From the NCBI GenBank assembly GCA_963736855.1, contig CAVTQK010000021.1, positions 1 through 64,000 of the forward strand: a stretch of 64,000 nt of DNA. The letters are read 5' to 3'. This DNA is from an uncultured delta proteobacterium. Its GTDB lineage: Bacteria > Desulfobacterota > Desulfobacteria > Desulfobacterales > UBA2156. Positions 41,866-51,723 of this stretch are shown here, one piece after another. A program made the translations under genes and the position numbers. How positions within the stretch are numbered: the first letter of the stretch is position 1; each line of letters starts with the position of its first letter. A model generated the notes under the pieces. That model did not search any database. It saw only the letters and a list, made by a program, of their open reading frames with translations, and had not been told where the DNA came from.

Positions 41866-42360
41866 TTAATCCGGTTCCCGGTACAAGGCGATGTATCCTG
41901 TCCGGGCGATTTTTTTTATTCCCATGGGTTTGAGGAGATGAATCAGCGCTTCCAATTTTCCCCGGTCCCCGGTGGCCTCGATGATGTAATACTGAGGGCC
42001 CACATCTACAATTTTACACCGGAAAATATCTACCAGTCGCAAAATCTCATCCCGGTTTTCCCGTTTGGCCCGGATGCAAATGAGGGCCATTTCCCGTTTC
42101 ACGGCCCGGGAGCCGGTCATATCCCGAAGCTTGATCACGTTGATGAGTTTGCGCAGTTGCTTTTCAATCTGTTCTAAAACCAATTCATTGGCCTGGGTGA
42201 CGATAGTGATCCGGGAAACCGCCGGATCGATTGTTTCGGCCACACAAAGGCTGTCGATGTTGAAACCCTTTCCGCTGAACAGTCCCACAACCCGGGAAAG
42301 CACTCCGGGCTTATTGTCCACAAGCATCGTGAGAATGTGTTTTTCTTCGTTTTCCATCAT
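41866..42360 (-). CDS. ilvN: Acetolactate synthase small subunit
   Basis: NKPGVLSRV, GFNIDSL and ARTG. Confidence 0.95.
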   Translation of the reverse strand: MMENEEKHILTMLVDNKPGVLSRVVGLFSGKGFNIDSLCVAETIDPAVSRITIVTQANELVLEQIEKQLRKLINVIKLRDMTGSRAVKREMALICIRAKRENRDEILRLVDIFRCKIVDVGPQYYIIEATGDRGKLEALIHLLKPMGIKKIARTGYIALYREPD

Positions 42361-42382
42361 TGCCGTTTCTCCTTTAGCGATA

Positions 42383-44074
42383 TCAAGCCAGAAGCATCTC
42401 GGTGATCGGTGAGCCCGCGGGGACCATGGGATAGACACATTCTTCTTTTTCGACGCGGAAGTCCATAATTACCGGACCAGGGGTTTCCAGGCCTTTACGC
42501 AAGATCGGCTCAACGTCGGAGGGGCGTTCCGCCCGGAAACCGGTTGCGCCATAGGCCTGGGCCAGAAGGACGAAATCCGGCCCACAGCTCATGCATGTGG
42601 CGGAGTAGCGTTTGTCGTAGAAAAGCTGTTGCCACTGCCGTACCATGCCTAAATAGCAGTTGTTCAGAATCACGACTTTTACCGGCAATTTATATTCTAC
42701 GGCTGTGGCCATCTCCTGGATATTCATCTGAATACTGCCGTCTCCGGCCACATCCACAACCAGCTTGTCCGGGAAAGCGATCTGAGCGCCAATGGCGGCA
42801 GGGAGACCGAATCCCATGGTGCCTAATCCGCCGGAGGAAAGAAAATGCCCCGGCTTTTCGAAGTGATAGTACTGGGCTGTCCACATCTGATGCTGGCCCA
42901 CCTCTGTGGTGATGAGTGCTTTCCCGTTGGTGAGCCGATACAGTTGATCAACAACATACTGGGGCTTGATGGGTCCGTCGGGATCCTGTTGATAGGCCAG
43001 CTTGTGAGTCTTGCGCCAATCATCGACCTGTTCCAGCCAGGGGCGGTGTTTGGCCTCCAGGTCTTGCATTTTCGCTTCATCGATCATGCGGTTGAGATGC
43101 TGCAGGCTGATTTTGCAGTCTCCCACCACCGGTACGGCAACGGTTACATTTTTACGGATACTGGTGGGATCGATGTCGATGTGAACGATCTTGGCCTGGG
43201 AAGCGAAACAATCGGTCTTGCCCGTAACCCGATCGTCGAAACGGACACCGATTCCGATCAGTAGATCGCAGGAAGCGGTTGCCATGTTGGCTCGGTATGT
43301 TCCGTGCATCCCGATCATTCCCAGGCTTAACGGATCGTTTCCGGGAAAGGCTCCCAGACCCATGAGGGACATGGTTACGGGAATATGGGTTTTTCGAGCA
43401 AAAGCCGTCAATTCCTCGGAGGCCCTGGAAAGAATCACACCGCCGCCGGCAAAAATTATAGGTCTCTGGGCCACTTTGATTAATTTGATGACCTCTTTGA
43501 GCTGTTTGGAGTTCGGTTCATAAATGGGGTTGTATGACTTGATTGAGACCCCTTCGATCGGTTTATAAGTCGTTTTTGCAACGGAAACGTCTTTAGGGAT
43601 ATCCACGAGTACCGGTCCGGGTCTGCCGGATCGGGCGATGTAGAAAGCTTCTTTGAGGATCTGGGCAAGATCCTCGATATGCGTAACCAGGTAGTTATGC
43701 TTGGTGCAGGGACGGGTGATGCCCACGATATCGACTTCCTGGAAGGCATCGTTGCCGATCAGATTAGTGGGGACCTGCCCGGTTAAAATGACCAGGGGTA
43801 TCGAATCCATGTATGCCGTGGCAATGCCGGTGACTGTGTTGGTCGCACCCGGTCCGGAGGTAACCAGGCAGACACCCACTTTCCCGGAAGCACGCGCATA
43901 GCCGTCGGCCGCATGTGCGGCTCCCTGTTCATGGCGCACCCGGATGTGTTGAATATCGGTCTTCATCAATTCGTCGTAAATTTCGATAACCACTCCCCCG
44001 GGGAATCCGAAGATCGTGTCCACTTGCTCCTCTTGGAGAACCTTCATTAAAATCTGTGCGCCGGTGAGTTTCAT
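42383..44074 (-). CDS. ilvB: Acetolactate synthase large subunit
   Basis: RHEQGA, TSGPGATN, RFDDRVTG, GDGSIQMN and GMVRQWQ. Confidence 0.97.
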   Translation of the reverse strand: MKLTGAQILMKVLQEEQVDTIFGFPGGVVIEIYDELMKTDIQHIRVRHEQGAAHAADGYARASGKVGVCLVTSGPGATNTVTGIATAYMDSIPLVILTGQVPTNLIGNDAFQEVDIVGITRPCTKHNYLVTHIEDLAQILKEAFYIARSGRPGPVLVDIPKDVSVAKTTYKPIEGVSIKSYNPIYEPNSKQLKEVIKLIKVAQRPIIFAGGGVILSRASEELTAFARKTHIPVTMSLMGLGAFPGNDPLSLGMIGMHGTYRANMATASCDLLIGIGVRFDDRVTGKTDCFASQAKIVHIDIDPTSIRKNVTVAVPVVGDCKISLQHLNRMIDEAKMQDLEAKHRPWLEQVDDWRKTHKLAYQQDPDGPIKPQYVVDQLYRLTNGKALITTEVGQHQMWTAQYYHFEKPGHFLSSGGLGTMGFGLPAAIGAQIAFPDKLVVDVAGDGSIQMNIQEMATAVEYKLPVKVVILNNCYLGMVRQWQQLFYDKRYSATCMSCGPDFVLLAQAYGATGFRAERPSDVEPILRKGLETPGPVIMDFRVEKEECVYPMVPAGSPITEMLLA

Positions 44075-44104
44075 AGTAAACCTCTCCTTATGATTATTTG
44101 GATT

Positions 44105-44146
44105 AAAAAAAAATCCGTTATCAGTTTGGGGCTGATAACGGATTTT
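44105..44146 (-). terminator. Attenuator terminator of the ilv-leu operon
   Basis: Minus strand AAATCCGTTATCAG-ccccaaa-CTGATAACGGA followed by 9 T, about 30 nt before the ilvB start. Confidence 0.85.
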
Positions 44147-44166
44147 AATTGGTTAGGATGTCGGTA

Positions 44167-44265
44167 TTAGGCCATTATCAACCCTTTTTCCTTCCGGTTG
44201 CCGATGAGGATTACCGGAAGGAGGAGAATAAGGATAAGGTTGATAACGGCAAAAAATCGATCCAC
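44167..44265 (-). CDS. Ile/Leu/Val-rich attenuator leader peptide (32 aa)
   Basis: AAGGAG RBS, GTG start, MDRFFAVINLILILLLPVILIGNRKEKGLIMA then TAA; below the ORF-track size cutoff. Confidence 0.82.
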   Translation of the reverse strand: MDRFFAVINLILILLLPVILIGNRKEKGLIMA

Positions 44266-44295
44266 AAAAATCTCCTTAATCTAAATAATATTTTT

Positions 44296-44324
44296 CGTTT
44301 AACAGTACTGGAAATTCATGTCAA
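44296..44324 (-). promoter_or_regulatory. Sigma70-like promoter candidate for the ilv leader
   Basis: TTGACA (overlapping the topA stop), 17 bp, then TAAACG with a TG extended -10. Confidence 0.45.
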
Positions 44325-46600
44325 GTGGAAAATTTTTCTTTATGGGAACACCCCTCAGTCTTGCAGGTTATAAATGTTCCGTCACGCTTGGTGGTCTTTT
44401 CGACCAGGAAGCCGACGCCACACACGGGGCAGGGTTTGGGCACGGGCTTTTCCCACATGGCGAAAGTGCATTTTGGATACCGGCTGCACCCGTAAAAGGT
44501 TTTTCCCCTTTTGGATGTTTTTTCGACCAGCTCGCCGTTGCAGCCAGTTTCAGGGCACTTGACCCCCGTTTTCTTTTCCGAGCGTTTCAGGGAAATGGAT
44601 CGAGCGTTCTTGCACTCCGGATAACCGCTGCAGGCCAAAAAATTCCCGTATTTGCCCTGTTTGATGAGCATGGGGCGACCGCATTTTTCACATGTCTCAT
44701 TCGACGGCTCTCCCTGGTTCTGACCGTTGGCATGAATCCTTCCTTTTTCGTCACGGATGTAATTGGCCGTATAGGTGCATGCAGGGTATCGATTACAGGC
44801 TAAAAAAAGCCCGTTCTTTCCCATCTTGATATGGAGCATCCCTTCGTTGCAGGCCGGACAGATTAGACCGGCGGGGATTCCCACTCCCCTGAGGCTCAAC
44901 ATTCCTGTGGCGGCCTGTTGGAAAGCCTTCTGAAAATCCTCATAAAAGGCAGCGATCATCTTAAGGTAATCCATTTCGGCCGCTTCGATTTGATCCAGGT
45001 GGTCTTCCATCTTTGCGGTAAAGTCCACGTTGACTAAATCCGGAAAACTTCCGACCACCAGATCGTTGACGATGAGCCCGAGTTCGCTGGGATGAAAATA
45101 TCCTTTCACCAGTTCCACATACCCTTTATCCCGGATGGTCGAAAGAATGGTGGCATACGTACTGGGTCTGCCGATTCCGTTTTCTTCAAGTTCCTTGACC
45201 AGGGATGCTTCGGAGAATCGTGGCGGGGGTTGCGTGAAATGCTGTTTGGGTTCCAGCTTTTGCAGGGAAAGCCGCATGCCTTTGAATAGGGCCGGGAGCA
45301 TTTCCTTTTCTTCTTTTTCTTTCGTTTCGTCATCGATAGACTGGTAAAGCGTCATGAAACCCGGAAACTGGACCGTGGATCCGCCGGCCACGAAACGGTA
45401 GGGCCCGGCGCTGATGGACACGGTTACTTTATCGATGAGGGCGGGTTTCATTTGGGAGGCCACGAAGCGTTTCCAGATCATCTCATAAAGAGCCAGTTGG
45501 TGCTTATCCAGGAAAGGCGCGACTTTTTCCGGGGTATTGTATACGGAGGTGGGCCGAATAACCTCATGGGCATCTTGGGCCTTTTTTTTGTTCTTGAAAA
45601 TACGGGGAGTATCAATTGCAAAGCCCTGGCCGAAACGTTCCCGAACAAGGGCGATGGCTTCTTCGGCCGCTTCCTTGTTGATACGGACGGAATCGGTGCG
45701 CATATACGTGATGAGACCAACAGGTTCCCCTGGCCCCAAATCAATACCCTCGTAGAGTTGCTGAGCGATGATCATGGTCCTTTTGGCCGAAAAGTGCAGC
45801 TTTCGAATCGCTTCCTGCTGCAGTTTACTGGTGATGAAGGGGGGCTGCGGGGATTGGGTGACGGTTTTTTTTAAAACGTCTTCGACGATAAACAGACGAC
45901 CGGCAAGGTCGGAAAGTATCTCTTGACAGGACGCTTCGTCCGGAATTCGGAGCTTCTTTTCGGCCTTTTTGGATAATTTTGCAGTGAAGGGCGGCGGAGT
46001 ATCTGCTGAAAGGTGTGCTGTGATAGACCAATATTCTTCCGGTGTGAAGGCCTGAATCTCCCGTTCTCTTTCACAGATGATCCGTACGGCTACGGACTGG
46101 ACGCGGCCGGCGCTTAATCCTTGTTTTGCCTTGCGCCATAACAAAGGAGAAATGTGGTATCCCACGAGCCGATCCAGGACACGGCGGGCCTGCTGCGCTT
46201 CAAACTTATTAAGATTCAAGGACTCCGGGTTCCGAATCGCAGTCAGAATGGCATTTTCGGTGAGCTCGTGAAACAGTACTCTATGAAAGCGCCTTCCTTT
46301 TTTTTCAAGCACCTCTGCGGTATGCCAAGCAATGGCTTCCCCTTCACGATCCGGATCGGGCGCCAAATAGACATCCGTAATATTTCCTGCCGTCTGTTTG
46401 AGAGATCGGATAACCTTCTCTTTACCGGGTATGATTTTATATACCGGCATGAAACCGCCCTCGATATCAATGCCCATTTCCCTTTTAGGGAGATCCTTGA
46501 TATGTCCGACGGTAGCTGCGACGGCATAGGTGTTGTCGAGATATTTTTTCAGGGTTCTAACTTTCGTGGGCGATTCCACGATGACCAGGCTTTTTTTCAA
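44321..46600 (-). CDS. topA: DNA topoisomerase I
   Basis: VIVESP, DPDREGEAI, SAGRVQS, ITYMRTDS and GIGRPST; C-terminal Zn ribbons. Confidence 0.97.
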   Translation of the reverse strand: MKKSLVIVESPTKVRTLKKYLDNTYAVAATVGHIKDLPKREMGIDIEGGFMPVYKIIPGKEKVIRSLKQTAGNITDVYLAPDPDREGEAIAWHTAEVLEKKGRRFHRVLFHELTENAILTAIRNPESLNLNKFEAQQARRVLDRLVGYHISPLLWRKAKQGLSAGRVQSVAVRIICEREREIQAFTPEEYWSITAHLSADTPPPFTAKLSKKAEKKLRIPDEASCQEILSDLAGRLFIVEDVLKKTVTQSPQPPFITSKLQQEAIRKLHFSAKRTMIIAQQLYEGIDLGPGEPVGLITYMRTDSVRINKEAAEEAIALVRERFGQGFAIDTPRIFKNKKKAQDAHEVIRPTSVYNTPEKVAPFLDKHQLALYEMIWKRFVASQMKPALIDKVTVSISAGPYRFVAGGSTVQFPGFMTLYQSIDDETKEKEEKEMLPALFKGMRLSLQKLEPKQHFTQPPPRFSEASLVKELEENGIGRPSTYATILSTIRDKGYVELVKGYFHPSELGLIVNDLVVGSFPDLVNVDFTAKMEDHLDQIEAAEMDYLKMIAAFYEDFQKAFQQAATGMLSLRGVGIPAGLICPACNEGMLHIKMGKNGLFLACNRYPACTYTANYIRDEKGRIHANGQNQGEPSNETCEKCGRPMLIKQGKYGNFLACSGYPECKNARSISLKRSEKKTGVKCPETGCNGELVEKTSKRGKTFYGCSRYPKCTFAMWEKPVPKPCPVCGVGFLVEKTTKRDGTFITCKTEGCSHKEKFST

Positions 46601-46699
46601 AACGTCCGATTCCTTCGATTTATTATTTGCTTCAGTAATTCGATGAAAAGCCCTCGCCTTTGGGCAAGGACTTTCATTCGATTCTTATCCGTTTCTTGA

Positions 46700-47812
46700 T
46701 TACCCACCCGATCGGATGAACTGTTTTCCAGGCATCTGTCGCGCCAGTCCTTCCACTTCAAGCATCAGCAGGATTCCGGCCAACTTCCCCGGATCCATGG
46801 CGAGTTTTCTGACCAGATCGTCGATATGGATGGGGTAGGGTTCCAGTGCGTCCAGGACTATGACCGCTTCCGGAGTCAGGGAGGGGTGTTGGGTCGATGC
46901 CGGCTCTTTTTCCGCGTGTTTGTCTGTCGGCGGTTTCACATTCAAAAGATGACCGATTTCTTCCAGGATGTCGCCCGCATTCTCCACCAGCTTGGCGCCC
47001 TGTTTGATCAGGGCATGAGTGCCCGCACTTTTATGAGACTCGATGCTGCCGGGGACAGCAAATACCTCCCGGCCTTGATCCGCAGCCAGACGGGCGGTGA
47101 TGAGGGATCCGCTTTTCCGTGCCGCTTCAATAATTACGGTCCCCAGGCTCATCCCTGCGATAATCCGATTTCTTTTGGGAAAATGATGGGGCAACGGCTC
47201 CTCGGCCAAGGAAAACTCTGAGATCGCCGCCCCGTTTTCAGCGATTTGATGAAAGAGTTTTCGGTTTTCCGGGGGATAAATCTGTTCCAGTCCGGACCCC
47301 AGCACGGCGATGGTTTTGCCGCCTCCGGAAAGGGCCCCCTCGTGAGCCGCACTATCGATTCCCCTGGCCATGCCGCTGACGATGGTGACCCCGTAAGAGG
47401 CGACTTCTGCACAAAGTTTACGTGTCGTGGCCAGGCCATACGATGTGGCTTTTCGGGAGCCCACGACGGCCAGGCAGGCGGCCTGTCCGTCCAGAGTGCC
47501 GTAGCAGTATAAAAAAAGAGGCGGGTCGGGGAGTTCCCGCAACAGGGCCGGGTATTGCGGGTCGATCATGGTAACAATCTGATATTTTCTTTTTGCGGCA
47601 AGGTCGATTTCTTGTCTGAGTCGATCCGGCGCCCGATAGTTGAAAATTGCAGAGATCAGTCTCGGTGTCATCCCCGGTATCTCCAGAATATCTTCGGGAT
47701 TTGCCTGAAAAACCCTTTCCGGAGACTGATAGCGGTCGATGAGCCTTTTGCATAACAAGTCCCCGATTCCCGGTACGCTTTTGAGGGTCAACCAGGGGAG
47801 AAGATCTTCCAT
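46700..47812 (-). CDS. dprA: DNA-processing protein DprA
   Basis: VVGSR, SGMARGID, FPKRNRII, SGSLITA and GREVFAVPG. Confidence 0.95.
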   Translation of the reverse strand: MEDLLPWLTLKSVPGIGDLLCKRLIDRYQSPERVFQANPEDILEIPGMTPRLISAIFNYRAPDRLRQEIDLAAKRKYQIVTMIDPQYPALLRELPDPPLFLYCYGTLDGQAACLAVVGSRKATSYGLATTRKLCAEVASYGVTIVSGMARGIDSAAHEGALSGGGKTIAVLGSGLEQIYPPENRKLFHQIAENGAAISEFSLAEEPLPHHFPKRNRIIAGMSLGTVIIEAARKSGSLITARLAADQGREVFAVPGSIESHKSAGTHALIKQGAKLVENAGDILEEIGHLLNVKPPTDKHAEKEPASTQHPSLTPEAVIVLDALEPYPIHIDDLVRKLAMDPGKLAGILLMLEVEGLARQMPGKQFIRSGG

Positions 47813-47815
47813 CCT

Positions 47816-48857
47816 CTATCTCTTCTTGGGCCGAGCTTGGAAGGTCAACAGGAACGGGCTGGCGATATAGACCGAGGAATAGGTACCGACGATAATGCCC
47901 ACTATCATGGCAAAGGCAAAATCGTGGATGATGCCGCCCCCGAAGAGGAATAGGGCAAAGACGGCGATTAACGTCGTCAGCGATGTGAGTATGGTACGGC
48001 TCAGTGTTTCGTTTACGCTTCTGTTGATGATGAACTCGAGGGGTTTTTTGTGGTATTTCCTCAAATTTTCCCTGATCCGGTCGAAGACGATGATGGTGTC
48101 GTTCAGGGAATAGCCGATAATGGTCAAAATGGCGGCGATGATCGGAAGAGAAAACTCTTTGTCGAACAGAGAAAAGACACCTACCGTAATGATGACGTCG
48201 TGTATCAGGGCCACGATGGCGCCCAAGGCATATTTCAGGTTTAACAACCAGAAGAGTACCAGTGTCACGATCATGGCGAAGACGATCAATATCGGAATGC
48301 TTACGGTGAACAAGTTGAGCAGATAAACGGCTCCGATCAGGGCCCCGGCCATGACTCCGCTCAAGATCCACTTGAATTCGAAACGCCCGGAGATGTAAAT
48401 GGCGATGAGGAGAAGGGAGAAGAATATGGCAAAAAGCGCCTTCTCCCTGAGATCTTTTCCAACCTGGGGCCCCACCATCTCCACGCGGCGGATGTCGGCT
48501 TGCTTGGTTGTCGAAGTCGTCAAAGCCTTTTTGATATCTTCCGAAAAGCCTTCGGATGCCGTGACGGCCTTATCAATCCGGATTAAATATTCGTTATCGG
48601 CTTTTTCCCCGAAAGACTGAACAGTCGTCCCTTCAAGACCTAGGGTGCGCATCCCTTCTTTCACGCCGGAAATTGACGCCGGGCCGGCAAACTTGACCTG
48701 AATGATGGTGCCTCCCGAGAAATCGATGCCGTATTTCGGCCCCCCATGGAATACGAGAGAAGCAATGCTGATCAGAATCATCGCTCCGGAAAGCCCGAAG
48801 GCGATCATTTGTCTTGATTAAGAAGTCGATATTGATGTCGGGTTTGATGAATTGCAT
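47816..48857 (-). CDS. secF: SecF with a +1 frameshift near 48818
   Basis: MQFIKPDINIDFL in one frame; GIDFSGGT, VGPQVG and GYSLNDTIIVFDRIRE in the next. Confidence 0.92.
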
Positions 48858-48921
48858 CTGTATTGTCCTTTGATGCATCTCGCTTAATAGAGAGACGTCT
48901 TATCAGGCGTTAACCCTATAA

Positions 48922-50500
48922 TTAAATACTCATCCGCTTCATTTTCCGGTTGATCAAAAGATAATCGAAAATTGCCCGGGTCAAAATCAAGGCCGTAAAC
49001 ATGCTGGAGCAAATCCCGAGACTCAGTGTGACGGCAAATCCCTTGACCGGTCCGGTCCCGAATTGAAACAGAACCAGAGCGGCGATGAGGGTGGTGATGT
49101 TGGAATCGAGGATCGTCAGGGTGGCTCGATCAAAGCCGGCCTCCATGGAGGCCCGGGCAGTCTTTCCAAGCCTCAATTCTTCACGGATGCGCTCGAAGAT
49201 GAGCACATTGGCGTCCACCGCCATGCCGATGGTCAGGACAATCCCGGCGATACCGGGGAGGGTGAGTGTGGCCTGGAACCCCGCCAGTCCGGCGGCGATC
49301 AGAAAAATATTCACGATGAGGGCCAGGTTGGCGATGAGGCCCGACACCTTATAGTAAACAGCCATGAACAGGATCACCAGGAGGCCGCCGATGACTCCGG
49401 AAAGAAGACCTTTCCGGATGGAGTCGGTCCCCAGGGAAGGGCCGACGGTCCGCTCTTCGATGATTTCGACCGGAGCCGGGAGCGCACCGGCCCGCAACAC
49501 GATGGCCAGATCTCGGGCTTCTTCCAAGGTGAAGCTTCCGGTGATGCGGGCTTGCCCGCCGCTGATTTTTTCCTGGATGACCGGGGCGCTGTAGACATTT
49601 TGATCCAAAACGATGGCCAGGCGTTTCTTGACGTTTTCCTCGGTGATCCGTTCAAAGATCCGTGCCCCTTTCTTATCGAAGGATAGGGAAACATGGGGCT
49701 CGTTATACTGGGAATCGATCTCCACCCGGGCCTCGGTAAGGTAGGCGCCGGTCAACAGGGAACGCTTCTTCACCAGGTAAGGGGTCTTGAGAATCCGCTG
49801 GGTCTTGGGGTCTGTCTGGGTCTGATAGAGAATTTCTGCACCCGGCACCACTAAGCCTTTCAAGGCATCTTCGACGGCATGAGTTTCATCCAGGAGCTTG
49901 AATTCCAAGAGCGCGGTTTTGCCGATGAGGTCCTTGGCGCGTTGTGTTTCCTTAATGCCCGGAAGCTGGATCAGGATCCGTCTTTCGCCTTGGCGGCGGA
50001 TATCGGGTTCGCTGACCCCGAATTGATCGATGCGGTTGCGTATGGTCTCGAGCGCCTGACCGACGGCCAGTTTTCGAATATTTTCCTTTTCTGTCATCCG
50101 GGAGGTCCATCTGGACTACAAGAATTTCTCCCTGTGTGGATTTTTCGAGGATCCGCAGTTCCTTGAATTCCTTGTCCAGGATTTTTTCGAAATCGGCAAC
50201 CCTCTTGGGGTCTTCGATCCGGATGGAGACTTTATCTCCTCCCACCCGCTCGGTTACGACTTGACGGATACCCTCTTTCCAAAGAAGCTCCCGAAGTTCC
50301 TGAAGAATCCGTTCCATCGTGCTTTCTACGGCCTTTTGGGCATCGACTTCCAGCACCAGGTGCATGCCTCCTTGGAGATCGAGGCCTAAATTGATGCGTT
50401 TTTTCGGCCACCAGTTCGGGTTGAAGCTGGGGATCAGATACACGACAGCAATGGCCATCACCCCGAGGGTGACCATTGTTTTCCATGAGATGCGTTTCAC
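48922..50500 (-). CDS. secD: SecD with a +1 frameshift near 50098
   Basis: LGLDLQGG in the first frame; RIDQFGVSEP, LRAGALPA and GMAVDANV in the second. Confidence 0.92.
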
Positions 50501-50650
50501 AATGATTTTTCCCTTTCGTCCGGAAGCGCGCCTATTGAATAAGAAAAGCCCCAAAAGGGGTTTTGTTAAGGTTTGCTTCCGTCTGACATCAGAAAACTGA
50601 CAAAGGCAAAGACGGTGCAAAGGCGCATTTTCGGGGGCTTAACGAACCTT

Positions 50651-51013
50651 TCAGGCGGATTTTTTATTCTCCTCCTTCGGTGCCGGGGGAGCCGCTGCAG
50701 CCTTCACCAGCCCCGCCACATTCCCCCGGTTCACCTTAACCCGAACCTTTTCGGCGATCTCGACGGTGAGCGTGTTCTCGTCAGCTCCGGTGATGATTCC
50801 ATGGATACCCCCTGAAGTGATGATCCTGTCCCCTTTTTTCAGGTTTCCGATCATTTCCCGTTGATCCTTGCTCTTCTTCTGCTGGGGACGAATCAGAAGA
50901 AAGTAAAAAATTACGAACATCAAAATGAGCGGAATGAATGCCGTAAATCCGCCTCCCGCACCTTGTCCGCCCCCTAGTCCTCCCTGGCCCATGGCATACG
51001 CTAGACTGGTCAA
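50651..51013 (-). CDS. yajC: Preprotein translocase subunit YajC
   Basis: FYFLLIRPQQKK and GDRIITSGGIHG; AGGAGG RBS and TTG start. Confidence 0.93.
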   Translation of the reverse strand: MTSLAYAMGQGGLGGGQGAGGGFTAFIPLILMFVIFYFLLIRPQQKKSKDQREMIGNLKKGDRIITSGGIHGIITGADENTLTVEIAEKVRVKVNRGNVAGLVKAAAAPPAPKEENKKSA

Positions 51014-51065
51014 AATCAATGCCTCCTTGAATTCAAAGTGTTTTTCAAACGAAAATAAAGCCCGG

Positions 51066-51707
51066 TCAGTCGGGCTTAGTGCTTTTATTTCCTGGCGATT
51101 CTGATGGCCATTCCATTTCGATATTCCCGCGAACACCGGTCACGATCAGTCGCATCGATGGGCTTTCCTTCTCGGCTGATAGCTTTGGAAACTGTACGGT
51201 GTACATGGATTTCCACGGATTGATGTATGGGAAAAAATGCTTCATCGAAGCATCTACCTTATTCTTTTGAATGGTTGCCGGTTGAATTCGGCTCCCATCG
51301 CACTGAACCAAATAGATTTTCCAGGACGGATTTTTCCGGTCAAAGTCATCCAATTGCTTGTCCGGGACATAGGTGGCGATCATGAACTCGTCGACATTCT
51401 GTGCGGCCTCGGTTTCCTTTTGTCGTATGTCCTGTATCTGCGCCTCATCCAGTTTATAGACCCGAGAATATTCTTGAAGATAGGCCCTCCTGAAATCGCT
51501 GGATTTGTAAGTCGCATTGGCCAGCAATTCGAGTTCGAGTCCCCTGTAAATCCTGCCTTCCCGGGTGTATTTCTCGACAGCCTGTGGATAGTTGCCGCCC
51601 TCGTAGGGTTCTTCCCACCCCACGAATCGTCTGACGGAAACTTCCCGCGTGCAGCCGATGGCGAGAAAAAAGATTATGGCAATGGCCAGGGCCGGACGTC
51701 CGTGCAC
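51066..51707 (-). CDS. Hypothetical lipoprotein
   Basis: Hydrophobic signal with an AIGC lipobox-like motif; within the purB-yajC run. Confidence 0.65.
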   Translation of the reverse strand: MHGRPALAIAIIFFLAIGCTREVSVRRFVGWEEPYEGGNYPQAVEKYTREGRIYRGLELELLANATYKSSDFRRAYLQEYSRVYKLDEAQIQDIRQKETEAAQNVDEFMIATYVPDKQLDDFDRKNPSWKIYLVQCDGSRIQPATIQKNKVDASMKHFFPYINPWKSMYTVQFPKLSAEKESPSMRLIVTGVRGNIEMEWPSESPGNKSTKPD

Positions 51708-51723
51708 TCCGGATTCGGGCAGC

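Noticed and set aside
594..50500. Programmed frameshifting or Sec/Pyl recoding in the split genes
   Set aside because: The splits are frame changes, not in-frame stops; there is no shared slippery motif and these families are not known for recoding
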